Positions 1 through 10,864 are shown, counted from the stretch's first letter. The stretch is 39,862 nucleotides of DNA from Octopus bimaculoides (GCF_001194135.2 NC_068982.1:43774458-43814319); one strand, 5' to 3'. A program made the numbers and translations. The notes: generated by a model not told the origin, from the sequence alone.

Positions 1-1160
1 TTTAAGATTTACTAAATATGGTCTTTTGTATGACCGCACCGAGAGAAATGGTAGTGTTCTTAGAATGAAAAGGAGGATGTTGTTTACATTTTCGAATACT
101 CAGGAGAAAGCTGTGTTCGAAAGCTGTAGGTATGTCAGTTTCCTAACTTACTTTATTTTGAGGGAGATTTAAAATATTCGCAGGAAATTGTAGATATTCC
201 AGTCTTTGGGAATAATAGGAGGAAGAGATGTTCACCTTGTTGGATTTTTTAATTTCTGAATTTCTTTTTCTTTTGGAATTTTTCTTTTCTTTTTGAAAAT
301 TTTGTTGTGGTTTACAGTTTTTGTAGTTGTGCAGGTGCTAACTTTCTTAATTTTTTTTATCGTGCATTTAATTGTGTTGTTACAATAAAAGGTATGTTTA
401 TATATTCTGTTACTCAGAAGGAAAGATGAAATGTTCACACAAAATTGGAGATATTAAAGTTTCTAAATTTTTTGAGATGTTCGTTTGTATGTCCGTTCAG
501 AGAAGACTGTGGTGTTTTTTTGCAATAAAAAGGATGTTTACATTTTCGAATGTCCAGGGAAAAAGGAACGGAAAGAAAAGGAAAGTAAAAATTTTTTCAC
601 TGTCTAATGACTGAATCGAAGAAAATTCTTTTCAATACAGAATCTGAAAGAAAAATCATTGACAATATGGACTTATTCAACTGTTTGCAATAGATAAGAC
701 AGTTTGGATTGGTAGCAATTCCTAGAAATTATGTGCTGGTGTTGGTAGTGGTTTTATTGCATGGGTCATACAAGGTTATAGAACCTGTGATAAGTATAAA
801 ATTACATTGAATGACATTAATTGAATCAGCTCGCCTACACTGTTGTCAAGGAGTGTTCTAAGAAGTCTTTATCATTTTTTTTCTTTTCTGATGATTTTTT
901 TTTGTGTTTCTTTTTAAGGAGTGAGCCTTTTGCAATTCTTTGGATGGGCGTCGGGAGTTTTGGGCGAAACAAGATTACGATTGATTAAAAAGGATTGGAG
1001 AGAAAGGAGACGGGTACAAGCGTACCTTGATGCGCGTGTAACAAACACACATATCACGTATATGTGTGTGGGTGTGTGTGCGTGGCTATTGTATTAAAAC
1101 ATCAACTTCTTGCATGGAAGGGATACAGAGAAGGGAAACTAGTCACTAACTGATATATAC

Positions 1161-1205
<45 letters not shown>

Positions 1206-2031
1206 NNNNNNNNNNNNNNNNNNNNNNNNNNNNNNNNNNNNNNNNNNNNNNNNNNNNNNNNNNNNNNNNNNNNNNNNNNNNNNNNNNNNNNNNNNNNNNN
1301 NNNNNNNNNNNNNNNNNNNNNNNNNNNNNNNNNNNNNNNNNNNNNNNNNNNNNNNNNNNNNNNNNNNNNNNNNNNNNNNNNNNNNNNNNNNNNNNNNNNN
1401 NNNNNNNNNNNNNNNNNNNNNNNNNNNNNNNNNNNNNNNNNNNNNNNNNNNNNNNNNNNNNNNNNNNNNNNNNNNNNNNNNNNNNNNNNNNNNNNNNNNN
1501 NNNNNNNNNNNNNNNNNNNNNNNNNNNNNNNNNNNNNNNNNNNNNNNNNNNNNNNNNNNNNNNNNNNNNNNNNNNNNNNNNNNNNNNNNNNNNNNNNNNN
1601 NNNNNNNNNNNNNNNNNNNNNNNNNNNNNNNNNNNNNNNNNNNNNNNNNNNNNNNNNNNNNNNNNNNNNNNNNNNNNNNNNNNNNNNNNNNNNNNNNNNN
1701 NNNNNNNNNNNNNNNNNNNNNNNNNNNNNNNNNNNNNNNNNNNNNNNNNNNNNNNNNNNNNNNNNNNNNNNNNNNNNNNNNNNNNNNNNNNNNNNNNNNN
1801 NNNNNNNNNNNNNNNNNNNNNNNNNNNNNNNNNNNNNNNNNNNNNNNNNNNNNNNNNNNNNNNNNNNNNNNNNNNNNNNNNNNNNNNNNNNNNNNNNNNN
1901 NNNNNNNNNNNNNNNNNNNNNNNNNNNNNNNNNNNNNNNNNNNNNNNNNNNNNNNNNNNNNNNNNNNNNNNNNNNNNNNNNNNNNNNNNNNNNNNNNNNN
2001 NNNNNNNNNNNNNNNNNNNNNNNNNNNNNNN
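1206..2031. other. Assembly gap flanked by (TA)n and (TG)n
   Basis: Run of N. Other gaps: 3503-3512, 5373-6081, 6742-6751, 7311-7377, 20423-21254, 27452-27461, 37682-37800, nearly all abutting microsatellites. Confidence 0.99.
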
Positions 2032-2084
<53 letters not shown>

Positions 2085-2086
<2 letters not shown>

Positions 2087-2458
2087 CTTTTACTCGTTTC
2101 AGTCATAAGACTGCGGTCATGGCGGAGCACCACCTCGAGTGATTTTTTAGTCGAATAAAGTACTTTTTCTAAGGCCAAGTACTTATTCTAGCGATTTCTT
2201 AACCCAACCGCTAAGTCACAGGGACGTAAAAAGCATCATCATCCGTTATCAAGTGGCAATGGAGGGCAAACACACACACACACACACATATATATTTATA
2301 TACGACGGGCTTCTTTCAGTTTCCGACTATCAAATTCACTCATAAGGTTCTGGTCGGCCCGAGGCTTTATTCGAAAACACTTGACCAAGGTGACACGCCG
2401 TGGGATTGAACCCGGAACCATGTAGTTAGGAAACAAGCTTCTTACCACACAGCCATAC
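2085..2458 (-). mobile_element. tRNA-derived SINE (SINE-A, CORE-like), near full length
   Basis: Minus strand reads ...gctgtgtggtaagaagcttg (A-box-like), gggttcaatccc (B-box-like), accttggtcaagtgtt (CORE-like), ...gaaactgaaagaagcccgtcgtata. Homologous to copies at 8268, 24646, 30298 and 33305. Confidence 0.85.
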
Positions 2459-2609
2459 GGACATAAATAAACACTCACACATGCACATGTCGATTTGCAG
2501 CCGTTTCAGAGGATCGGAGCTTCTGGTTCTTGCAACGCACAGCCATCTTGTCTACGGTAGCAGTGTGTAACCGTTCGTCTTTCTCTTCGTCCGTCCCGCC
2601 GGTAAAATC

Positions 2610-3160
2610 TTTTCCCCACGAGAGTTCCGGACCCCAGTTATGAACTCATTTGCATACAGCCAATCAGAGCTCAACTATCAAACAAGTTTATAACCGCATA
2701 AGAAGTGATGTGCGATAAGATAAAGTCACTTGGGTAAGGAATGACCATGCTTCTTTTCTCTTTTAATAATGCTTGTTGTTCTTGTTCTTGTTTCAACCAT
2801 GGCTACCTCTGCGTAGTTATTTGTGTTGTTGTTTACTTATGCTAGCACATAATTTTCTACCAACATTTTTCCCTTCCACATCTTTCCCATATGGGGCCCT
2901 AACAAAATCCGATTATAGGTATAGATGCAAATCTATCTAATTACTTGTCTCCTTCTAAAATCAGGCATATCTTGGCGATCGGTCGACTTACAACACCGTT
3001 CTTCGTCTTGAGTTTTTTTTTGGTACAGTGTGTTTTACCAAGTGATTGGTTGTTTTTAACACATTCGCGAATGTTACATTGACAACAAGGTCAAGGTGAA
3101 CTCTAATTGGCTGTATGCAAACGAGTTCATTACTGGGGTCCGGAACTCACGTGAGAAAAA
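2610..3160. repeat. Inverted pair of a ~60-bp motif (2610-2672 + / 3097-3160 -)
   Basis: ttccccacgagagttccggaccccagttatgaactcatttgcatacagccaatcagag, and its reverse complement ctctaattggctgtatgcaaacgagttcattactggggtccggaactcacgtgagaa. Confidence 0.85.
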
Positions 3161-3177
3161 GAACTTCACATTCCGCT

Positions 3178-3440
3178 GACACTTGCAACAAAGGTCATTA
3201 GCAGACATAATTTCTTCACTGTGTATGAAATTCGTGGAAGCACTGGCTCATATGGTTCACAGTGAACTATGAAACTTTCATTATGTCTAAATTTCTTGGA
3301 AATATTGATAAGTAGTTAGCTGAATAATTCAACAGTTTAACTGTTTTTCTGATGATAAATACATAAAACCGCGCAATTGGAAACTACAGAGCTTTTTCTT
3401 TCACAGCCGGACGCACACTCATATACACGCACACACAAAC
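3178..3440 (+). repeat. Local direct repeat, copy 1 (copy 2 at 4768-5025)
   Basis: Shared blocks such as ctcatatggttcacagtgaactatgaaactttca and aaaaccgcgcaattggaaactacagagctttttctt. Confidence 0.9.
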
Positions 3441-3464
3441 AGACACGCACACGCACACATACGC

Positions 3465-3502
<38 letters not shown>

Positions 3503-3512
3503 NNNNNNNNNN

Positions 3513-3612
3513 GGCTCTGGTCGGCTCGAGGCATTAATTGAAGACACTTGACCAAGGTGCCACGCCGTTGGATTGAACCCATAACCATGTGGTTAGGAAG
3601 CAAGCCATACGG
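3513..3612 (-). mobile_element. SINE-A 5' fragment (part of local duplication)
   Basis: ggtcggctcgagg...cacttgaccaaggtgccacgccgttggattgaaccc aligns to 2345-2440. Confidence 0.8.
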
Positions 3613-3789
3613 ACATAAATAAATGCGCACACATGCATATGTCGATTTGCAGCCGTTTCAGAGGAACGGTAGCCGTGTCGTTCTCACCAGTCTCAGAGAT
3701 ACTTCAAAGGCTAAGGGCATAAAACCCCGCTTTACACAAAACAAACGGAAACAAAAATAGACAATGTCCTTTTACCTGCTCGTGAAATT

Positions 3790-4655
3790 TTTTTCCCACG
3801 AGATTTCTGGACCCCAATAATGAATTCATTTGCATATAACCAATCAGAGCAGAGCCATCTTTATCCTTTCTACCTTTCTAGTCAGTATCGTGCATTATTT
3901 ACTCTTTCTCTCTCTACTGGCAGACAGCAACTTCTCCGTCTAGGTTAATGTTTTTTTTTTGTCATTGAACATTGAAGTGGCTGTGAGATGTGCTAAAAAT
4001 AACAGCTGAATAAGATTTTTGGATAAATCTTTTAAATTAAAGTTTATCTGCCAACATCAGTTTTTTTCCTTTAAATTAACATAAACATTTAATTACATGA
4101 AATAAAATTGCCGGAGAACTTTCATCTAATTCTTCTAAATCTTTCTGTTAAGAATTGTAATGCGTTTATCGCATGTAACGTGTTATTTATCGCGTTTGCA
4201 TTAAACACTGGTCGTTGTAAGGTGTGAAATTACATCTAAATAATATTTATTTATATAAAATAAAATTACCGACTCAAGGCACAAGGCCTGAAATTTTTTT
4301 TGTAGGGAAATTTATCGACTCCGAAAGGATGAAAGGCAAAGTCGACCTCAGCGTAGTGCTATTTTCAGAATATTGACAACAGTGTATTTTAAAAAACTTC
4401 AAGCAGTTTCCGTACTTTCGTTTTCGTCCAAAACATCTTTGGTTGCTATAGTAATTCAAACCTACCGCTAACAAGCTTATGTGTTCAGTATCGATGACAT
4501 TGGCATCTGAATGAGAACACAATACAAGGTTCACATGGTAATTGGAGGCCGCCATTTTGAATGCCAACGTTTGTTAATTTGACAGGGTGAAGGTGAGATC
4601 TGATTGGCTGTATGCAAGTGAGTATTTTACTGGGATCCAGAACTCTCGTGGGAAA
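3790..4655. repeat. Second inverted pair of the ~60-bp motif (3790-3850 + / 4593-4655 -)
   Basis: ttcccacgagatttctggaccccaataatgaattcatttgcatataaccaatcagag and ctgattggctgtatgcaagtgagtattttactgggatccagaactctcgtgggaa. Confidence 0.85.
4276..4352 (-). mobile_element. SINE-B 3' fragment
   Basis: aggcacaaggcctgaaattt...atcgactccgaaaggatgaaaggcaaagtcgacctc is the reverse complement of the SINE-B body and tail. Confidence 0.75.
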
Positions 4656-4767
4656 CAAAATTTCGCTGCCCACTCGTCTTCTGGTTCTTACAACCCACCG
4701 CCATCTTGTCTACTAATATAAGTAGCAGTGTGTAATCATTTGTCTTTCTCTTTGTCCGTCCCACCTA

Positions 4768-5025
4768 CACTCGTAACAAAGGCCATTAGCAGGCATAGTT
4801 TCTTAACTGTGGATGAAATTCGTGGAAATACTGACTCATATGGTTCACAGTGAACTATGAAACTTTCAGTATGTCTAAATTTCCTAGAAATACTGACAGG
4901 TACTTAGCTGAATACTCACCATTTAACTGGGTTTTTTTTTCTAATGACAAATAAATAAAACCGCGCAATTGGAAACTACAGAGCTTTTTCTTCCACAACC
5001 GCACGCACACTCATATATACGTACA
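4768..5025 (+). repeat. Local direct repeat, copy 2 (of 3178-3440)
   Basis: Colinear similarity with 3178-3440, roughly 80% by eye. Confidence 0.9.
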
Positions 5026-6339
5026 CACACAAACACACACACGCACGCTCACTCACGCACGCTCACTCACGCACACACGCACGCACGCACGCACACTCAC
5101 ATATGCATGCATGTATCATATATAAGTGCACATTAGTGGCGTAGATAATAGGGTGACAAGGAGACCGACCGCTCCTCCCAAGCACATTTTTGAAAATTCG
5201 CACTTTTTCAGCAATTTTTTATATTAACTCACTATTTCACTTGTGCGATAAAAATCGGATCTCATTTTTTTTTCATTGCATGTCCTTGGAATGGCTTTGT
5301 GGGGTCATTACCACATTTGGGCAACCTACTGGGATTTTGACCTGTCTACTCGCTTTTCTTATATATATATAANNNNNNNNNNNNNNNNNNNNNNNNNNNN
5401 NNNNNNNNNNNNNNNNNNNNNNNNNNNNNNNNNNNNNNNNNNNNNNNNNNNNNNNNNNNNNNNNNNNNNNNNNNNNNNNNNNNNNNNNNNNNNNNNNNNN
5501 NNNNNNNNNNNNNNNNNNNNNNNNNNNNNNNNNNNNNNNNNNNNNNNNNNNNNNNNNNNNNNNNNNNNNNNNNNNNNNNNNNNNNNNNNNNNNNNNNNNN
5601 NNNNNNNNNNNNNNNNNNNNNNNNNNNNNNNNNNNNNNNNNNNNNNNNNNNNNNNNNNNNNNNNNNNNNNNNNNNNNNNNNNNNNNNNNNNNNNNNNNNN
5701 NNNNNNNNNNNNNNNNNNNNNNNNNNNNNNNNNNNNNNNNNNNNNNNNNNNNNNNNNNNNNNNNNNNNNNNNNNNNNNNNNNNNNNNNNNNNNNNNNNNN
5801 NNNNNNNNNNNNNNNNNNNNNNNNNNNNNNNNNNNNNNNNNNNNNNNNNNNNNNNNNNNNNNNNNNNNNNNNNNNNNNNNNNNNNNNNNNNNNNNNNNNN
5901 NNNNNNNNNNNNNNNNNNNNNNNNNNNNNNNNNNNNNNNNNNNNNNNNNNNNNNNNNNNNNNNNNNNNNNNNNNNNNNNNNNNNNNNNNNNNNNNNNNNN
6001 NNNNNNNNNNNNNNNNNNNNNNNNNNNNNNNNNNNNNNNNNNNNNNNNNNNNNNNNNNNNNNNNNNNNNNNNNNNNNNNNNATATATATATATATATACA
6101 CTAACATAATATATAACTATATGCATATATCCATACATATATGTACATATCTACATCTATATGTATACATACATGCATATATGGGTACAGGACATCACAA
6201 AAAACGTTAAACACAATGAGAAACGAAGACACAAAGACGAAGACAGAAAACGGACTTTTTTTCGAACGAAAAAAACAAACAGAGAAACGAGACATGCAAC
6301 ATAAAGAATATTTCCCTTCTTCAGTTGTCCCTGTTCCAT

Positions 6340-6459
<120 letters not shown>

Positions 6460-6581
6460 ATGTATGCACGCATGTGTGTGTGAGTGAGGTTGACCTAGAA
6501 GCTAGGGTGTTGCATTTCCGGACAAGAGACATGAGGTAAAATAAGAGCAGTAATAAGCGAGAGAAGAACGAATATATAGCG

Positions 6582-6680
6582 CGTGTTTATTTGGCAAAAG
6601 AAAAAAAATTGATCATCCCGAAATACAACAATATGTTTCAATACACGGTTTCACATCAGGAATCTTGCAACACAAATTCA
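6582..6680 (+). repeat. Unclassified dispersed repeat (second copy 25895-25980)
   Basis: cgtgtttatttggcaaaag...gatcatccc...tacaacaatatgtttcaatacacggtttcacatcaggaat versus cgtgttgaattggcaaaagatgatcatctc...tataacaatatctgattcaacacacgatttcacatcaagaat. Confidence 0.55.
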
Positions 6681-6877
6681 TTTATATATATAGCTGATGA
6701 AGGAGATGTTTCTATGTGGCTTTCTTGTTTGTTGTACCTTGNNNNNNNNNNGTATGTATGTATTTATGTATAAGCTATATTAAATCTCTGAGCGAGATGT
6801 AAACAGTAGCAATAAGGAATCGTAACATATAATTGCCAATCAAGTGTGGGGTCCTATACGGGACAGTAATACTGACG

Positions 6878-7098
6878 TTTATAGCCCCAGGAAGACATCT
6901 CTTCCAGCTAGCTAACGACACACATTCTGTGTCCGATTAGTATTTGTGAGGGAGCGTCATCGCTCCCATTCCAGAAACTCGAGTCCGTGTATATCACGTA
7001 AGGCTAGGGATGGGAGCAATGACCTCCCCTCGCAAGCACTAATCGGACAAAGAATGTGTGTCGTTATCCAGCTGGAAGAGATGTTTTCCTGCTATAAA
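6878..7098. mobile_element. MITE-like palindromic element (~90-bp imperfect inverted arms)
   Basis: tatagccccaggaagacatctcttccagctagctaacgacacacattctgtgtccgattagt... pairs with ...actaatcggacaaagaatgtgtgtcgttatccagctggaagagatgttttcctgctata. Spacer about 35 nt; TA at both ends. Confidence 0.8.
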
Positions 7099-7114
7099 TA
7101 TGTGTACTTTTTGT

Positions 7115-7225
7115 CTGTGTTTGCCCATCTCCACCATCCCGTCACAATTGTTGATGGTTTGTTTACGTCCTTGTAATTTAGACATTCAGCAAAAGGGACA
7201 GAAGTACCAGACTATTACCAGACAT
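7115..7225 (+). mobile_element. SINE-A 3' half, degenerate
   Basis: gtgtttgcccatctccaccatc...gtttgtttacgtccttgtaatttag...cagcaaaagggac resembles 10862-10960 and 24845-24935. Confidence 0.6.
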
Positions 7226-7256
7226 ATTATATATCTGGTACTTCTTCCTTACACAC

Positions 7257-7310
<54 letters not shown>

Positions 7311-7513
7311 NNNNNNNNNNNNNNNNNNNNNNNNNNNNNNNNNNNNNNNNNNNNNNNNNNNNNNNNNNNNNNNNNNNTATATATATATATATATATGTCA
7401 CAAATATTACGGAACTCGTCAGTTTTATTTGAATGTATGACGCATTGTACTCGTTCGTGTATGTGTAGATTATAGACAATTGTGTATTAAACAAATTCCG
7501 TTATTAACACTCA

Positions 7514-8022
7514 CCTTTAGATACAAACCTTGACGTATTAATAACTCGCACCAACTATGGATTCAGGGCATCCGTATACTGCAAGCCGACCTTCACTGGA
7601 CGATACCTCAGCTTCAATTCCCACCATCCATACAGTGTAAAGAGTGGGATTGCTCAGTGCCTAAAACACAGAGCAAAGAATATAAGTAGCGATCGTGATA
7701 CCCACCAAGAAGAAATGATCGAGCTCAGTAACAATATATGAAGTAACAACTACCCCAAAAACATGCTATCCAAAAACAAGCTATGTCACGAGGAGATATT
7801 GATAAATCGAGTATAGCTGATCATGTATGGAAAAATGTAGACCATTTCCCCCTATGGGATGAAGTTAAAATAATAGACAGAGAACACCATTGGAAAATAC
7901 GAAAACTAAAAGAAGCAGCACATATGCTAGGACACAACAACCTCCTAAGCAGACCTAGTGCAGATATGAATAGCATATGAGAACCGGTATTAAGGAACGA
8001 TAGGAAAATATTAAATTTATAA
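7514..8022 (+). mobile_element. Penelope-like element fragment: RT thumb fused by internal deletion to the C-terminal half of a GIY-YIG endonuclease
   Basis: Translates LDVLITRTNYGFRASVYCKPTFTGRYLSFNSHHPYSVKSGIAQCLKHRAKNISS...NNYPK (PLE RT motif VYRKPT...YL.F.SHHP), then after a frameshift near 7775 SRGDIDKSSIADHVW...WDEVKIIDREHHWKIRKLKEA. Contains premature stops. Confidence 0.9.
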
Positions 8023-8051
8023 GCCCTAAAATTCACTCCGTAATTGCCCAC

Positions 8052-8264
8052 GGGCATATGGCGTAGCGGTTAACAGCGCGGGCTACTAACCCCAAGATTC
8101 CGAGTTCGATTCCAGGCAGTGACCTGAATATTAATAATAATAACATCGAAAAATACCTTAGGAATGAGAACCCAGGTTCGAAATCTCCCCAAGGATATAT
8201 CAATCGAAACGTTGTGTTAGCAACAAACAAGATGAGAACAAATATCCGAAAAATGTAAATAATG
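8052..8264 (+). mobile_element. tRNA-headed 3' terminal unit of the Penelope element; hammerhead core deleted in this copy
   Basis: A box TGGCGTAGCGG 8059-8069, B box GAGTTCGATTCC 8102-8113, (TAA)n, then catcgaaaaataccttaggaatgagaaccc...ccccaag[~20 nt missing]gatatatcaatcGAAACGTTgtgtt. Homologous to 14022-14278. Confidence 0.85.
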
Positions 8265-8267
8265 AAT

Positions 8268-8415
8268 ATATACGACGGGCTTCATGCAGTTTCCATCTAC
8301 CAAATCCACTCACAAGGCGTTGGTCGGCTCGAGGCTATAGTAGAAGACACTAGCTCAAGGTGCCACGCAGTAGGACTGATTCGGAACCATGTGGTTGGGA
8401 AGCAAACGCCTGTGC
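8268..8415 (-). mobile_element. SINE-A 5' half
   Basis: tatacgacgggcttc...aaatccactcacaaggc...gaagacactagctcaaggtgccacgcag...ggaaccatgtggttgggaagc. Confidence 0.85.
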
Positions 8416-8477
8416 TTACATTGTTAAATTATATGAACTACAATTTTATCGCTTCATGTTATAATTATCTCTTATAT

Positions 8478-8652
8478 AGGAACAAGACCTGAAATTTGGG
8501 GAAAGGAGAAGTAGGTAATTCCTTTATCAGCGCTGAAAGGTTGAAAGGCAAACTTGGCCGTGGCAGGATTTGAACTCAGAACACGAAGAGCCCAAAGAAA
8601 TGTCGCCAATCACTTCTGCGACACGCTGGCAATTCTGTCAGCCCGCCACCTT
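8478..8652 (-). mobile_element. SINE-B, degenerate
   Basis: gaaaggttgaaaggcaaa...ggatttgaactcagaac...attctgtcagcccgccacctt. Confidence 0.75.
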
Positions 8653-9020
8653 CTTCATCTTGTAACGACGGAGAAAGTGGTCGAAGATTAATTAAGGGAT
8701 ATTTTTCATATGGTTTTTACAATTATATATGTGGTTCCAGAGAAATGAAATTATTGTGTGTAGCTTGATTTGTAATGTGGGTGTGTTGATAGAGATTGTA
8801 AGACAAAAAGAAAATTTAATTGTGGTACTATTATGATACTTGTAATCTTATCTCTATTGTTTTTTTGTACCAGGATGTAATGTGTCCAATGCAATCCGTC
8901 TGATAGTGTCTGGGAGTGTTTTAAGATGATGTAGGTAACTGGAATTAAATGGTCGGTAGAATAGTGTTGGTGTTAGCTGGTGTATGTATGCGCTTGGTGT
9001 GTGGGTGTATGGGTGTGTAG

Positions 9021-9052
<32 letters not shown>

Positions 9053-9182
9053 ACGTTGGCTTTGCCGAACTGGATAAAAGTACTTATGATCTACGGGCTT
9101 GTTATGGGACAGGAATAAACTATTGCTGAGTAACTGACAACAAACTGGAGAAACTCGCGAGTAACAGGCCAAAGGATTAGCC

Positions 9183-9287
9183 ATACATACATACATACAT
9201 ACAGACAGACAGACAGACATACAGACAGACATACAGACAGACATACAGACAGACATACATACAGACAGACAGACAGACAGACAGACA
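9183..9287. repeat. (CATA)n/(CAGA)n tetranucleotide repeat
   Basis: Read directly from sequence. Confidence 0.95.
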
Positions 9288-10362
9288 ACTGGCAGAAAGG
9301 TGGTTTCAGACGATGCAACACGAAGGCGTCTACTTTGAATGCTAGGCTGCTTTTGTTGTAAATTGACGAATAAAGCAAATAAGTTACTAAAAGCCTAATT
9401 AACTGCGGTATTCGTCCGGGATAGCATCTCCCATAGATCTATGGTGCTAAAATTTTCAGAAAGATATCACTAGCAGAAGAAAATCTGACTTTGTTATGTA
9501 TATGGTCTAGAGAAATTGCAGAAAAACGTTACTGAGATTTAAAGTTTAATCAAGTTTACCTAATCAGAAAACAGGATTTGCAAGCTGGCATTTTCTCTAT
9601 GACAGCTGCCTATCACAAAATGAAAGCAAGATCATTACGAGGAGGAACTTTTATTAAGCAAACAAAAGCAAAACATTACGACGACCAAAGTTGTAAAGAA
9701 CTTCTGAAGTTTTAATAAGTTTTAATGAATAAAGTCATGTGAAACGGTCGAACAGACATGTAAATAATTTATAAAAGATAAAAAATCCTCAACGAAGTCG
9801 TTTGCGAAAAGTAGCACAAAATTGTCCTGATCAAGAGGTGTATCTGTCGGGGAAGGCATAGTTTGACATGGAATAAACGAAAAATTTATATAAGACACTC
9901 TGTTGTAAAAATTGCCCGGTAACGACGGGCTCTTCAGCTTGTATCTTATAAAGGAAAACTAACGACCTGTCAAATAGCAGCCAGCACGAATGAAATGAAA
10001 TTCAGGGACATTCGCAAGACTAAAGATCATCTGATAAAACCACAAAATACACACAAAGCCAAATGAAGTACAGATCTAAAGAAAATGTTATCACATTCCA
10101 AACAGTACAAAAGGATAGATTGATACTTAAAATTTTAAACTGACTTTACGAGCTATTGGTGCCTTATTTGCACAATATAAGACAGGAACACACGGAAATT
10201 CTTCAAATCATCCACACAGAAGAATACTATAATAGGACACACCGCGGGTGTTTCATGAATGCAAAGAGACCTTTCAAATTTATATAAATATTTTGTTTTA
10301 ATTATTGCGTTTTATCATATATTTTTTCTGTTGTATTTATATCCATGTTAATCATTTGAAAG

Positions 10363-10685
10363 CACATGGCTTGGTGTTACGGGGTATCTGGTTCATTATT
10401 ATCATAAGGTCATCATTTCGATTTCCGGCAGCGCGTTGTGTCCTCGAACAGGACACTTCATTTCTTGTTGCTCCTGCCCACTCTGCTGGCAAAAATGAGT
10501 AGTACCTGTATTCCAAAAGGCCAGCCTTGTTACATTCTATGTCACGTTAAATCTCCCCGAGAACTACGTTAAGGGTACATGTGCCGATGGAGTGTTTAAC
10601 CACTTGCCCGTTAACTTCACGAGCAGGTTGTTCCGTTGATCAGATCAATTAGAACCTTCGTCGTTGTTGTAACCGACAGAGTGCT
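10363..10685 (+). mobile_element. tRNA-derived CORE-like SINE (SINE-C)
   Basis: Degenerate tRNA head; gtgtcctcgaacaggacacttcatttcttgttgctcctgcccactctgctggcaaaaatgagta (CORE-like, cf. MIR core gtgaccttgggcaagtcactt); tail gagaactacgttaagggtac...gtaaccgacagagtgc. Confidence 0.8.
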
Positions 10686-10829
10686 AGTTAAGTAATTGTA
10701 TTCTATAATTTTTAATTAGTCCAATTATATGACGTCTCTCACTCCTAACTATGTCTTTGTGTAAATTCTTCGTCCAGTCTCAGACATCTTTGTAGACCTG
10801 TTTAAGTAGAGGAAACAGAAAGAAATCCG

Positions 10830-10861
<32 letters not shown>

Positions 10862-10864
<3 letters not shown>

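Noticed and set aside
1-620. AT-rich region with two short ORFs and an internal similarity (aaaagga..atgtt..tacattttcgaat at ~69-105 and ~528-558); possibly a decayed retroelement
   Set aside because: No diagnostic protein motif could be read in any frame.
1102-2178. Long ORFs in the track spanning N runs (also 5276-6138, 20290-21310, 37429-38001)
   Set aside because: Artefacts: gaps translate as X and microsatellites give HT/YI/CV/LS runs.
6690-6740. CTGATGA at ~6695 as a possible hammerhead
   Set aside because: No stem II or GAAA follows before the gap.
7410-7432. Minus-strand CTGACGAgttcc next to the Penelope fragment
   Set aside because: No closing stem II or GAAA; at best a truncated remnant.
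8052-8125. Functional tRNA gene (also 14022-14087)
   Set aside because: Acceptor stem does not pair properly and the sequence is embedded in a repeat; treated as a tRNA-derived head.
9888-9950. Nested hairpin tataagacac...gcccg/cgggc...gtatcttata with minus-strand CTGAAGA-gccc...gggc
   Set aside because: GAAA and the NUH triplet are absent and the stem I register is wrong; cannot be called a ribozyme.
10145-10285. Short frame EHTEILQIIHTEEYYNRTHRG faintly resembling a gypsy integrase HHCC start
   Set aside because: Too short, no cysteines or flanking pol motifs; chance similarity is likely.
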